Position numbers and translations under genes: made by a program
Notes under the pieces: generated by a model
Told to the model about the DNA's origin: nothing
What the model saw: the letters and a program-made list of their open reading frames with translations, nothing else
The model's database searches: none
Part shown: piece after piece, positions 19,809-30,101 of the stretch
Layout: the number at the start of each line of letters is the position of its first letter
Position numbering within the stretch: the stretch's first letter is position 1
Assembly: GCA_016839745.1 (NCBI GenBank)
Contig: JAEOTS010000122.1
Coordinates: 11,977-75,976 of the forward strand
DNA from: Promethearchaeota archaeon
GTDB taxonomy: Archaea; Asgardarchaeota; Lokiarchaeia; Sigyniarchaeales; SOKP01
DNA: 64,000 bases
Direction: 5' to 3'

Positions 19809-19969
19809 AATTATCCATCCAAGAACGGCGAATCCACCACAATTTTACTATTGAATTAGACATTTGATAAGTTATAAAAATATAATATTAACATCCTTAA
19901 TTATTATTCGCAACCCATTTCCATTAAATTGTAAAGATGATGAAATTATTATTGCAATTTGATTGAAAA

Positions 19970-20575
19970 TTATTCTTCTGATTCAAAAGGGATGAAAATT
20001 TTATTAAAAACTTGAGGTAAACCATCGATTATATTCTTTCTTGAAGCTGTAATTAATACTATTGAAAATACAGCAGCAGTTATAAATTGGAAAAAGTTAC
20101 CAGGCATTTCAACTAGAGCTATAGCAATTCCAAGTCCAAGTATAAATGCTTCATATATAAAATAACCTAGGGGAATGAGAATTCCACCAGTAATTACAGC
20201 TAATATATCACGATAAGAAATTCTTCCAACACAATCTCTAGGATTTGAAATTAATCCAATCATGAAGCCTTCAATCCCTTTAATGATAAGCGTAGCAGGC
20301 GCATAAATTATATATGGCGAGAAAATGTCTGCCATCATCGGACCCACACCACCAGCAACGCCACCAATGATAGGGCCAAATAAAAGTGCCGCGAACATAA
20401 CTGCAGTGTCCCCAATATTAATGTATCCTCCGGTAGCAGGAATTGGAATCTGGATCCAATATGTTACTACAAAATTTAGAGCTGTAAAAATAGCTATAAT
20501 TGAGATCGTCAATGCATTATTTGGTAAGAGATAACCTCTAAAATTTGGATCCTCTACTTCTCTTTTTCTCTCCAT
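19970..20575 (-). CDS. ECF transporter substrate-binding (S) component
   Basis: QIPIPATGGYINIGD, LLFGP..G..AGGVG..MAD, APATLIIKGIEG. Confidence 0.88.
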   Translation of the reverse strand: MERKREVEDPNFRGYLLPNNALTISIIAIFTALNFVVTYWIQIPIPATGGYINIGDTAVMFAALLFGPIIGGVAGGVGPMMADIFSPYIIYAPATLIIKGIEGFMIGLISNPRDCVGRISYRDILAVITGGILIPLGYFIYEAFILGLGIAIALVEMPGNFFQFITAAVFSIVLITASRKNIIDGLPQVFNKIFIPFESEE

Positions 20576-20792
20576 TATCTAAATCACTTACATAAATATT
20601 CTTTATTTAATTTAAAAGTTATCTCTTCTTTAATTAGGTTCATTTTTGAAAACTGATTGAAAAAATCGGATTGAAGATCATGTTGAAGGGGATACTACAA
20701 AATGGAATAAGTGCTTTTTACTAATACTCGAATTTACAAATTCCTTTTAAAAATCAATAAATCTTATTATTTGCAAAGAATAAATTATTCAT

Positions 20793-23387
20793 ATGTTTAT
20801 ATGTGTAAATAACTTAATTCAAACTGAATTAATTGCCGAAGAAGTTTTAATTCTTCCAGAACCACTTCATTTTAAGTTATTGGATTCTAAATTATTAAAG
20901 ATTAGTGATAACTCTTCAATTCTAACAAATTTACCTAAAGAAGATTTATCTATTATTTATCAATTCAAAGAACAACTGAAAGAATTTGGATTTAAAGAAA
21001 AACTAGATATTAAGTTGGATCATGAATTTCCTCATGTTTTTAATAAAAATTCGATTTTAGAATTATGTGCAAGTTATTTTCCTAAATTAGAGATTAATAA
21101 TCTAATGCAAAGTAGCTGTGCAATTGAACAAGGGTATATCATAGTTTCAAACAAGTCAAGATTATACTTAGAGGCGGATTCTTTGCAGGGATTATTTTAT
21201 GGCATTCAAACGCTAATTCAATTATTGAATTCCAATTCAAATAAGGAATTATTTCCTCAAATAGCAATAATAGATTTTCCTCGTTTAGAAATAAGGGGTG
21301 TTTCGGATGACATTTCAAGAGGTCAATCCGCAACGATAGATAGCCTCAAGAAATTTATTAAAATTCTAAGTCATTTTAAAATTAATCATTATTATTTAGT
21401 TTACATGCAAGATATGTACAAGTTTGAAGGTCACCCTGAAATAGGAAAGGGAAGAGGAAGTTATTCGAAAGAAGAAATAAAAGATTTATTTAAATTTGCG
21501 AAAGATCATTTTGTAGAATTAATTCCAATATTTCAAACTATAGGACATTGGGAGAATATATTGCATAATGAAACATATTGGCAATACGGAGAATTTCCTG
21601 GATCAAATAGTTTAAATATTGCGAATGAAGAAATTTATCCTCTTTTAGACAATATGATAAAGAACTTAAGTGAAGTATTTAAATCAGATTATTTCCATAT
21701 AGCTGCAGATGAAAGCTGGGACGTAGGAAAAGTGGGTTCTAAGGATTACATCGAAAAAATAGGAATCGGTAATGCATACCTGAAGCATTACAAGAAAGTT
21801 TATGAGATCGTTAAAAAACATGGATATAAAAAAATTGTCATATATCACGATATCCTTTGTAAATACGAAGAAGTTCTTGAGGGGTTACCCAAAGATATGA
21901 TTGTTATGTATTGGAAGTATAATACAAAAGAAAACCACCCACTTATTGATAGAATAAAAGAATTTAAGCTACCCTTCATCGTTAGCCCTTCTATTATAGA
22001 TTACAATCGAGTTTTTCCGTCACTAATGCGGGCTGAAAAAAATATGACAAATCTAATTAGAAATGGATTTAAAAATGGAGCAATAGGTGAAATAACATCT
22101 AGTTGGGGAGATTATTATAATAAAGAAATTAGAGAAAATAGATTGTATGGATTTATTTACTCCTCGCAGTTAGGATGGAATCCACTTAAGGAAGTTATAA
22201 TCGCAAATTACTGGAAAAGTCTTTTAACTTATTTATTTGGTATATATGATGATAGATTGTTTAAAATAATTAGAATCCTAAGGTCTATAGAAGTTAATAA
22301 ACGTTTACATACCAGGCCTACTTTTTACTATAATCATTTTTTTAGTCATCCCTATAATAAGAATAGTAAGATGTATAGAAATAATCTAAAAACTACTAAA
22401 TTCGAGTTAGTAATTAAAGATATGGATGAAATTATTACTATTTGTCAAGATTTAGAAACAATAGTATTAAGAAATAGAGAGAATCTTCAAAATCTTGCTT
22501 TCATTGCTCAACACATAAAATTTTATTGTAAAAAGCGAATAAATTCTAAGAAACTCGTCGGTTTTTCCCCCAAAGCAGTAAAAGAAGACTACAAATTGCA
22601 AATAATTAAGGAAATCGAGTCTTTAATAAAGGATTTGAGTTCTCTCTTAAGAGAATACGAATTTCTATGGATGGATGTCGCAAAGAAGGAAGGTTTTGAG
22701 CCAATAAAAACGAAATACATATGGTTACTAGAATTCTATAAGAGTAAAGTTGAAGAAATAAAAAATAATGACGAATGGCAAGACCCTAATATACTTAGCG
22801 AAACAATTTATCTTGATGTAAGAAAAAAGCATCAAATTAGTACAACACATTTTAAAAAAATCATTACCGTTAGCGAAGAAATTGAAACTGCTTACTTACA
22901 AGTAGTTGGAGGGACTTTTGCAAAAATTATCGTTAATAATAATCATATTGGCCATGTAATTTCTCGTCATTCGTTAAACTATATAATTTTAGAAAATAAT
23001 ATTAAGATTTTTGACATTAAGGAGCATTTAAAAATGGGAGATAATCTAATAATTATTGAAAATACTGATTATAGTGGTGGAATTGGGTTGGTTAATATAT
23101 TTGGTGAAATTAAGTTGAAATCAAAACAAAAAATTCAAATAAAATCAGATAAAACGTGGTTAGCAGTAAGAAACCTTGAAGAACATTGGAAAAAAGTTAG
23201 AAGTTTTGGTTCCCCTCCTAAGATTATTGGAGGATTATGTTATCCTGATTTTGAAAATAATAGACACTCATTAGAAAGCGATATGATGACTACTTTTAAC
23301 GCTTTAATTGGTCGTATTCCTAAAAAATTATATTGGTTTTTAAAGTTGGTTATGAAACTATTTAACCGTTACAACATAATAGAATAA
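20793..23387 (+). CDS. GH20-family beta-N-acetylhexosaminidase with a C-terminal beta domain
   Basis: [31 protein letters not shown] and catalytic HIAADE. Confidence 0.85.
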   Translation: MFICVNNLIQTELIAEEVLILPEPLHFKLLDSKLLKISDNSSILTNLPKEDLSIIYQFKEQLKEFGFKEKLDIKLDHEFPHVFNKNSILELCASYFPKLEINNLMQSSCAIEQGYIIVSNKSRLYLEADSLQGLFYGIQTLIQLLNSNSNKELFPQIAIIDFPRLEIRGVSDDISRGQSATIDSLKKFIKILSHFKINHYYLVYMQDMYKFEGHPEIGKGRGSYSKEEIKDLFKFAKDHFVELIPIFQTIGHWENILHNETYWQYGEFPGSNSLNIANEEIYPLLDNMIKNLSEVFKSDYFHIAADESWDVGKVGSKDYIEKIGIGNAYLKHYKKVYEIVKKHGYKKIVIYHDILCKYEEVLEGLPKDMIVMYWKYNTKENHPLIDRIKEFKLPFIVSPSIIDYNRVFPSLMRAEKNMTNLIRNGFKNGAIGEITSSWGDYYNKEIRENRLYGFIYSSQLGWNPLKEVIIANYWKSLLTYLFGIYDDRLFKIIRILRSIEVNKRLHTRPTFYYNHFFSHPYNKNSKMYRNNLKTTKFELVIKDMDEIITICQDLETIVLRNRENLQNLAFIAQHIKFYCKKRINSKKLVGFSPKAVKEDYKLQIIKEIESLIKDLSSLLREYEFLWMDVAKKEGFEPIKTKYIWLLEFYKSKVEEIKNNDEWQDPNILSETIYLDVRKKHQISTTHFKKIITVSEEIETAYLQVVGGTFAKIIVNNNHIGHVISRHSLNYIILENNIKIFDIKEHLKMGDNLIIIENTDYSGGIGLVNIFGEIKLKSKQKIQIKSDKTWLAVRNLEEHWKKVRSFGSPPKIIGGLCYPDFENNRHSLESDMMTTFNALIGRIPKKLYWFLKLVMKLFNRYNIIE

Positions 23388-23442
23388 AATCCTCAAAAGA
23401 ATTAAATACAGATTTAAAAATTTAAATAAAAGAATAAAAAAG

Positions 23443-24096
23443 TTATTTATATTTCTTTAAAAATTCTGGTTTAGTTTTAGTAACTCTTTTTGTTATCTTT
23501 GCTTGAATTTCTAACACGACTTTAGAATTACCTTCGGAGGGAATTGATAAATTGAACTTGTAATTTGGTTCTTCAATTTCAGAGGGTTCTGGTTCAGATT
23601 TAATAAAAGTTACATCCTTAGTTTGCTTAAAATCTAATGTAAGTTCTATAGGATTATTCAGTTTGTTTTCAATATTAATTTTACGTGCTATCTTGTCATA
23701 CCTCGTTCTAACTTCAATATGTTGTTTAGGTTCAATAGCATCTTCAAATGTGATTTTTGGTTCTCCTTCTTCAACTTGGACTATGTCATCATCAATAACT
23801 ATATCATCATCAATTAGTTCTTCAGAATTTATCTTATTTCCTACAGTTTGAGCAGTATTAAGAAATAGGAATGGCAGGTTATCTTTATATAGCGTCATAG
23901 GAGAATTAGCCGGAAGATCAATATTTTCTCCTTCTTTAATTAATATATATTTAATAACAGCATCCCATTTGAGTTTATTTGATGAAACTGAATGCTCTGT
24001 ATATTGGATTTCAATTTTACGTTCAACATTGAACTGACTATTAGCTTTAAACCATTTTAACTTTATTTTTTTCCTTGTTGGCACAGTCGCTTTCAT
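23443..24096 (-). CDS. Hypothetical protein, probably the C-terminal half of a split DUF4139-type protein
   Basis: Beta-rich; KINIENKL.NPIELTL and YKFNLSIPSEG...V pattern; 13 bp downstream of the DUF4140-like gene. Confidence 0.5.
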   Translation of the reverse strand: MKATVPTRKKIKLKWFKANSQFNVERKIEIQYTEHSVSSNKLKWDAVIKYILIKEGENIDLPANSPMTLYKDNLPFLFLNTAQTVGNKINSEELIDDDIVIDDDIVQVEEGEPKITFEDAIEPKQHIEVRTRYDKIARKINIENKLNNPIELTLDFKQTKDVTFIKSEPEPSEIEEPNYKFNLSIPSEGNSKVVLEIQAKITKRVTKTKPEFLKKYK

Positions 24097-24109
24097 TTTT
24101 TCACTCTCC

Positions 24110-24847
24110 TCATAATAATTGTTTAAAACGTTGGGTTCTTTTCATTGGACCCTTTTTAGCACTTCTAAGGACATTTAATTCGTTCATAATACCTTGACTC
24201 ATCTGTTCAGGCGCGTTATCTGTTTGATAGTCAATAATATCAGATGTTGGTGTAGGTAACTCAAATATAGCAAATCCTAATTCGACATTTTCGTATGTGA
24301 AACCTGTTTGATTGTCCACAACGATAAAACCTTCAATTTCTGCGGTTTTTCCATCTTCATTAATATTTACCTGAAGTGTGGTGTCCCATTTTATCCTTAC
24401 ATCGGATAAGAAATAAAGGATTTTTACTATAATTTCACCTTCTTTTGTGGAATTTATTATAAAATTGAACGTTCCTTTCATGTCAGCAAAAGTTTTATAG
24501 GAAGATGCCTCACAAATACTCGATACTTTTTCTCTCATTTCCCTTGTAAAATCTATAGCATACGAGATAATGCTATTAGCTGCTGATTTTTCCCTGTCTA
24601 TGATTTGCTGGGAATTATTATAATCTGGTAAGGTTATTATCGTTTGTTGTAATGTGATTAAATCTATATCCTCGGGATTAAGATGCTCCAATCTAATATC
24701 AGCAGAGTTGGGATCAAAACTGGCGGGAACATTTTGAATTTCAAACTCATTTATTCCTTGTTGAATGGATAATTTCATTTCTCTTTCAACAATTCCCCCT
24801 CCACCATTAAAAATTACTAAGCTTTTTACTTTAGGGTCGATTAGCAT
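24110..24847 (-). CDS. DUF4140/DUF4139 N-terminal-type protein
   Basis: VIFNGGG.IVERE...GINEFEIQNVPASFDPNS and Y....IKW...VDNQTGFTYENVEL match the N-terminal half of this family. Confidence 0.65.
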   Translation of the reverse strand: MLIDPKVKSLVIFNGGGGIVEREMKLSIQQGINEFEIQNVPASFDPNSADIRLEHLNPEDIDLITLQQTIITLPDYNNSQQIIDREKSAANSIISYAIDFTREMREKVSSICEASSYKTFADMKGTFNFIINSTKEGEIIVKILYFLSDVRIKWDTTLQVNINEDGKTAEIEGFIVVDNQTGFTYENVELGFAIFELPTPTSDIIDYQTDNAPEQMSQGIMNELNVLRSAKKGPMKRTQRFKQLL

Positions 24848-25005
24848 TTTAGATTCAAATTCATTTTTTTAGTATTATCAAATAAGTAAACTTAGTTATT
24901 TAAATTTTTATTAAATTCAAATTGAATATTGAATTCGGGAAAAACCAATAGTAAATATTCAATAGAAATAAAAAAAATTGAAGAAATTGAATTAATTAGG
25001 ATGGT

Positions 25006-25965
25006 TTAGAAATTTGAATAAATCATAAATTTATTCGCTGAACCTAAACTATATATCTCAAACTTGGTTCCCTTCTTAGTTTCACAGAACATTTGTATCA
25101 TCGGGAATAAATAGATTTGTGTAGTAATTTGAGCATCCTTATCTTTTGAGTAAGTTTTATAGTCGCTTCCTGCTGTACCTATCGTTTTTTTAATATTTTT
25201 GTTCCAATAACCTAACGAAGGTTCTGCCTTAGACTCCAAATCTTTAAAATCGTTAAATCTTATACCTTCAACCTCCTCGATCATTTGGTGAAGGTCACGT
25301 TCAATCTCTTTCTCATATCTCGTCTGTGCGCTACTAGTCAATACTGGAATTCCTGTAACAACAGTTTTAAAAGGGACTGGGAGAATTTGGTATTTATACA
25401 TATTTTTGTGACCTCCACAATCCCTGCATTGCTCTTTGCTTGTACCAGTTCCATAACATACGCCGCAAGGATAAGAAAATAGTTTATCCTCTTTCTTTTG
25501 ATCTTCTCCTGATAGTATAGTTAATTTTTCTTCGATTTTTCCAGTCCCTTTACAAGTTTTGCACCTACCTTCAATATATCCTTTACCGCTACAGTTTTTA
25601 CAGGATATCGTTTGTAGCGTCTCATATGTAGGAACTTTATCATCGCCTTTCCAATTGTCCTTATTAACGTTAGATTTCCCTTTAAATGAATAAAATGTTT
25701 CTCTTGGTACTCTAGGAGCAAGAACGATTTTTTCTTCCGTTCCTTTTGGTACAGCACCCACAGTCTTTTTTATAGCAAAATAAATTGCAGCTTCCTTTTG
25801 GGTGTCTTTAACATATTCTGCAGCACTCACGGCATCTAAAGAAAAAATCGCCCCTTTAGTTCCGAATTGCTTTTCCATCTTTTTTTTATCACTTCTTATA
25901 GAGCGTTGCTTCCACTTCTCAAAAATCTCATCTAAATTTGGTGTTTTAATTCTTACATCTGGCAA
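25006..25965 (-). CDS. DnaJ-type CxxCxGxG zinc-finger protein without a J domain (SSUH2-like)
   Basis: CKNCSGKG, CKTCKGTG, CGVCYGTG, CRDCGGHK; no HPD motif; TTG start with SD AGGTGA 7 nt upstream. Confidence 0.75.
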   Translation of the reverse strand: MPDVRIKTPNLDEIFEKWKQRSIRSDKKKMEKQFGTKGAIFSLDAVSAAEYVKDTQKEAAIYFAIKKTVGAVPKGTEEKIVLAPRVPRETFYSFKGKSNVNKDNWKGDDKVPTYETLQTISCKNCSGKGYIEGRCKTCKGTGKIEEKLTILSGEDQKKEDKLFSYPCGVCYGTGTSKEQCRDCGGHKNMYKYQILPVPFKTVVTGIPVLTSSAQTRYEKEIERDLHQMIEEVEGIRFNDFKDLESKAEPSLGYWNKNIKKTIGTAGSDYKTYSKDKDAQITTQIYLFPMIQMFCETKKGTKFEIYSLGSANKFMIYSNF

Positions 25966-25972
25966 ATGAAAA

Positions 25973-25978
25973 TCACCT
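25973..25978 (-). promoter_or_regulatory. Shine-Dalgarno-like AGGTGA
   Basis: TCACCT on the + strand, 7 nt upstream of the TTG at 25965. Confidence 0.6.
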
Positions 25979-26092
25979 GAAATAAATTTGAAATTATTTT
26001 TATTTTAATACTACTAAAATTATAAAAATATAAAATATATCTATTTTATATAAATTATATCAAAATAAAAACAAAACAGATTTTAATTTAAC

Positions 26093-26260
26093 ATGTCAGC
26101 AGAAGAACGTCAAGCAGTGGAATATTTTAAGCAATGGATGGACCCCAATGGTGGAGGCCTTGCCCAATGGATCGAACATTTTTTAAATCAGGGCGATGAA
26201 GCTAAGCTAAGACAAATTAAAGAAGTTTATGATAAAATTAAAACTGTTTTTGGATTTTAA
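26093..26260 (+). CDS. Small hypothetical protein, 55 aa (below the ORF-track cutoff)
   Basis: ATG-initiated MSAEERQAVEYFKQWMDPNGGGLAQWIEHFLNQGDEAKLRQIKEVYDKIKTVFGF*; clearly more GC-rich than the flanking AT-rich DNA. Confidence 0.7.
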   Translation: MSAEERQAVEYFKQWMDPNGGGLAQWIEHFLNQGDEAKLRQIKEVYDKIKTVFGF

Positions 26261-26309
26261 ATTCTGATTTTCTTATTTCAGCAATAAACTTAAGTTTTTT
26301 ATAGGCTTA

Positions 26310-28988
26310 GTGATTTTTCTTTTGATTACCATTTCTAGGGATTATTTTATAGTTTTTGACAAAAATTGGGATATTAAAAAAGAATTATCATTCAATGTTA
26401 ACTTCTTTTATTTGAAATCTTTCAAGAAGAAAAATCAAACTTATTCTTATATAAAAAAACCTTTTTTCAGAGGCACTGTTCTCTTTGGATTAGACTTTAA
26501 AGATAGAATTCGTCCCGTTGGTTTTTCTAAACTTGAAAATGATGGAAATTTAGAGCCTATTAATCCTAGACTTCTTAAAAAATTTCTTATTGATAAAAAA
26601 AATAAATTTATCGCTTTTTCTAGCCAAACTAAACCCGAAGATTTCACACCAATTAAAGAAATGCTCAAGAATCTTCAATATGATCAAGATAATATCATAA
26701 ATATGACTTTTTGCAAATCCTGCTTAGATAATAAAAAATTTACAATTCTAAATGAAAAATCCAAGATTAAATCGTTAAGGCATCAATTTATTTGTTCTGA
26801 TTGTGCATTAGATGTTGTAGTAAAACAAGTTCAAGTTGCAGGACTTATTTCTTCTGGTAAACTTAATCCGAAACTTAAAAATTTTTTTAATCACTTAATT
26901 TTAAAATTTCGGGACCTAAATAAAATACTAAACTCTTTTAAGGTTGATTTCAATCCCGTAAAAAATAAAGAGATGACACTTTATGATATCGAAAAAAATC
27001 CACCAATTAGTAAGAAATATCTAAATTATACGATTGATAACTTAGAAATCCCCAAAGATTTTAAGGAGTTACTAAAATCACTCAAAATTATGAGGTTATT
27101 GCCGATACAAGCAATCTCAATAGAAACAGGATTATTAAAAGAGCAAAAAAGTCAATTGGTTATGGCGCCGACATCAGCAGGTAAAACTCTAATTGGTGAG
27201 TTGGCAGGGATTTCAAGAGTTCTGAAAGATAATCGCAAATTGCTTTATCTAGTGCCTATCAGAGCGTTGGCAAGTTTAAGGACGGAAGAATTTAAAAATA
27301 AATATAAACCATTAAATTTGCAAATAATAAAAAGAATAGGAGAATCTATATTAGAGAAGAAAGAAAAGGAAGATTTAGAAGAATTGATAAAGGCAGACAT
27401 TATTATAGCTACTTATGAGGCTATTGACTATATTTTAAGAAGTGGTAATAAAAATAATTTGGGATCCATTGGGACAATAATTATTGATGAAATTCAAACT
27501 TTGAGTGATCAGGAACGTGGATTTATTTTAGATGGTTTAATAGCACGGCTAAAATCAATATTTAAGGGGATTCAATATTTATATTTAAGTGCTACAATAG
27601 GAGAACCAGTAGCTTTAGCTAAAACATTAGATTGTGTTTTGATTAATTACAATAATAGACCCGTTCCAATCGAACGACATTTAGTACTATGTCTTAACGA
27701 AGCAATAAAACTTAAAAATATAACAAAATTAGTGCGATCTGCTTACTTAGAAACCTCAACTTATGGATTTAAAGGCCAATCTATAATATTTACAAATTCA
27801 AGAAAAAAGTGCGAGTCTCTGACGACTTATTTACAAAATAAGGGACTCAGAGTAAGATCTTACCATTCTGGATTAACTAATGAAGAGAGGTTGATAATAG
27901 AAAGGGAATTCCAGAATCAAACTATTTCAGCAGTTGTAGCAACCGCAGCACTAGCTGCTGGTGTTGATTTACCTGCAAAACAGGTGATTTTCGAATCATT
28001 AACAATGGGTATAAACATATTAACAGTCGCTGAATTTGAGCAAATGTTAGGAAGAGCTGGAAGGTTAAAAAAACACGACCTTGGATTGGTATATCTTCTA
28101 ATTGAACCTGGAAAGATATATTCCCATAGAACAAAGGTTTCCGAAGAAAATATCGCCATTAACTTACTTAATGGAAAAATTAAAGATTATGAATTACATC
28201 CTGATGGGGATAAATCCCTAACTGAACTGCTCGCTTTTATCTCGATGTATAATGAAGGTATTGTAAGAGATAAGATATATAAATTTAATGAATATTTAAT
28301 TAATTCTAACTATGAGCTAGAAGAATTCTTGAAAAAGCTAACAAATTATCGACTTGTCCGCATAGAAAGCAATATTAAATATAGTGCTACATATTTAGGT
28401 CAATCTATAGCAAAATCCTTTCTAACTGTTGAAAAAAGTTTGGAAATTGTTGAGATATTAAGAAAGAAAGAAAAAAAGATTATTGAAATTGTTCTTGAGT
28501 TAAAAGCACTAAAGAATGTATATTTAACAAAGAAAGTTGTTGCAGACTTGTCAAAGCACAGAGCAGCAAAATATTCCTCAAATAATTTCTTTAGCGCGAG
28601 CGTTCTTTCGCTCATGGATGCAAACTATGTTAAGAAGAGAAAATCCTTTTCAGATGAATTTATAGAATATGTTGTAAAATGGACAGGAGAAATTTTTAAT
28701 TGCGATTGTAAAGATAAACCTTATTGTGAATGTGGGAGAATTAATCTAGAAAGGATAATTTTAAATTTACGGATTGAAAATAAGTTCTCAATTAGAGAGA
28801 TTAGTGATTATCTCGAAGAGGAGCTAAAAATCTTAATCTATAAGGGAGATATCACGGATTATTTAGAAAATTTGATTTATTCTTTCGAAAGTGTACTAAA
28901 TATTTCAAAAGGAATCTCTAATTTAGATCCCGATTATGAGAAGGAGCTATTAGATATACCCAATATTATTGAAAAAATTAGAAGTTGA
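26310..28988 (+). CDS. Archaeal Ski2-like SF2 helicase (ASH-Ski2/DUF5814 type)
   Basis: APTSAGKT, DEIQ, SAT, YHSGL, QMLGRAGR; N-terminal CxxC pairs; C-terminal CDCKDKPYCECG. Confidence 0.85.
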   Translation: MIFLLITISRDYFIVFDKNWDIKKELSFNVNFFYLKSFKKKNQTYSYIKKPFFRGTVLFGLDFKDRIRPVGFSKLENDGNLEPINPRLLKKFLIDKKNKFIAFSSQTKPEDFTPIKEMLKNLQYDQDNIINMTFCKSCLDNKKFTILNEKSKIKSLRHQFICSDCALDVVVKQVQVAGLISSGKLNPKLKNFFNHLILKFRDLNKILNSFKVDFNPVKNKEMTLYDIEKNPPISKKYLNYTIDNLEIPKDFKELLKSLKIMRLLPIQAISIETGLLKEQKSQLVMAPTSAGKTLIGELAGISRVLKDNRKLLYLVPIRALASLRTEEFKNKYKPLNLQIIKRIGESILEKKEKEDLEELIKADIIIATYEAIDYILRSGNKNNLGSIGTIIIDEIQTLSDQERGFILDGLIARLKSIFKGIQYLYLSATIGEPVALAKTLDCVLINYNNRPVPIERHLVLCLNEAIKLKNITKLVRSAYLETSTYGFKGQSIIFTNSRKKCESLTTYLQNKGLRVRSYHSGLTNEERLIIEREFQNQTISAVVATAALAAGVDLPAKQVIFESLTMGINILTVAEFEQMLGRAGRLKKHDLGLVYLLIEPGKIYSHRTKVSEENIAINLLNGKIKDYELHPDGDKSLTELLAFISMYNEGIVRDKIYKFNEYLINSNYELEEFLKKLTNYRLVRIESNIKYSATYLGQSIAKSFLTVEKSLEIVEILRKKEKKIIEIVLELKALKNVYLTKKVVADLSKHRAAKYSSNNFFSASVLSLMDANYVKKRKSFSDEFIEYVVKWTGEIFNCDCKDKPYCECGRINLERIILNLRIENKFSIREISDYLEEELKILIYKGDITDYLENLIYSFESVLNISKGISNLDPDYEKELLDIPNIIEKIRS

Positions 28989-29114
28989 TCTTTTTATTCA
29001 ATTAAAAAAAAATTAATGGTAAAAATTTAATAAATAAAATATTATTCGATAATTAATTAGTTGTTAAAATCTCTGGTAAATATTTAAGAATTAAAAACAC
29101 ATCTCTGTATCTAT

Positions 29115-30074
29115 ATGATTTACTCCATTTTTCTTTATCAAAGTCCAACAGGTTTATTGATATACGACAAGAGTTTCCAAGAGATCAGTTCTGGAAAGAT
29201 GGAAATGTTTAGTGCTTTTTTTTCTGCAATAAAAACTTTTGTTTCTGAACTCGTATTAGGCGATTCGTTAGATCGTTCAAAAGAATTAACAAATATAGAA
29301 TTAAAAGATTATATCGTTTTGGTTACTTCCCTATCTAAAATTAAAGTTGATATGGTCATCATTGCCGATAAAGAAGATACAAAATCTATTAATAAAGTTA
29401 TTCCAAAATTGATTAAACTATTAAATAAATACGAGCAATTATTTCTTTCATGGGATGGGAATAGAGATGAATTAAAAATACTAGATCACCCACTAACAGA
29501 ATTAATTGCAGCTAATATAAAAGTTGTAAGAAAATCTTTGCTGGAACATCCCGATCAAATGTTAAAATCAATTTGGGCTCATAAAAAGCAACTTTCAAGA
29601 GAAAATGTCGAAAACTTAATTCAAGAAAGAGATCTTATTATATATAAAATTGAAAATACTGCGAATCTTACTAGAAAAATAGCTATGTCTGAAACTGTAG
29701 TAGAATTATCAGAGAAATTAAAAGACGAGACAACCTTTCTAAAATATCAAAAAGAAGTAAATAAATTAAAAAATGAAATAAAGGATGTAAAATTTAAATT
29801 GAACTATTATTTGGAAAAAACAAGAGAAGCTCTAAGCGAGGCTATTAAAAATTTAGATAATAAACCAATTCATCAAGGAGATTATAAAAATACCTATCTA
29901 AATTTGTATTCCTTTAGTACAAAACTAAAATTGATAAAAGAAAACGGTTGGGAAATTTACCGGGAATTAGCAAGTAAACTCATTGAAAAAGATGCATTAA
30001 GTGATAGTAATCTTTCTGAACTTATCCAGAATTTATTAAAAATGAGTTCTAATATAGAAGATTATTTGAATTAG
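29115..30074 (+). CDS. Longin-like N-terminal domain + helical C-terminal region
   Basis: MIYSIFLY..TGLLIYDKSF...MFSAFFSAIKTFVSEL is the pattern typical of Asgard longin/roadblock-like domains. Confidence 0.6.
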   Translation: MIYSIFLYQSPTGLLIYDKSFQEISSGKMEMFSAFFSAIKTFVSELVLGDSLDRSKELTNIELKDYIVLVTSLSKIKVDMVIIADKEDTKSINKVIPKLIKLLNKYEQLFLSWDGNRDELKILDHPLTELIAANIKVVRKSLLEHPDQMLKSIWAHKKQLSRENVENLIQERDLIIYKIENTANLTRKIAMSETVVELSEKLKDETTFLKYQKEVNKLKNEIKDVKFKLNYYLEKTREALSEAIKNLDNKPIHQGDYKNTYLNLYSFSTKLKLIKENGWEIYRELASKLIEKDALSDSNLSELIQNLLKMSSNIEDYLN

Positions 30075-30101
30075 TAAAAAAAGTTTACATTGTTCTGTTA
30101 C

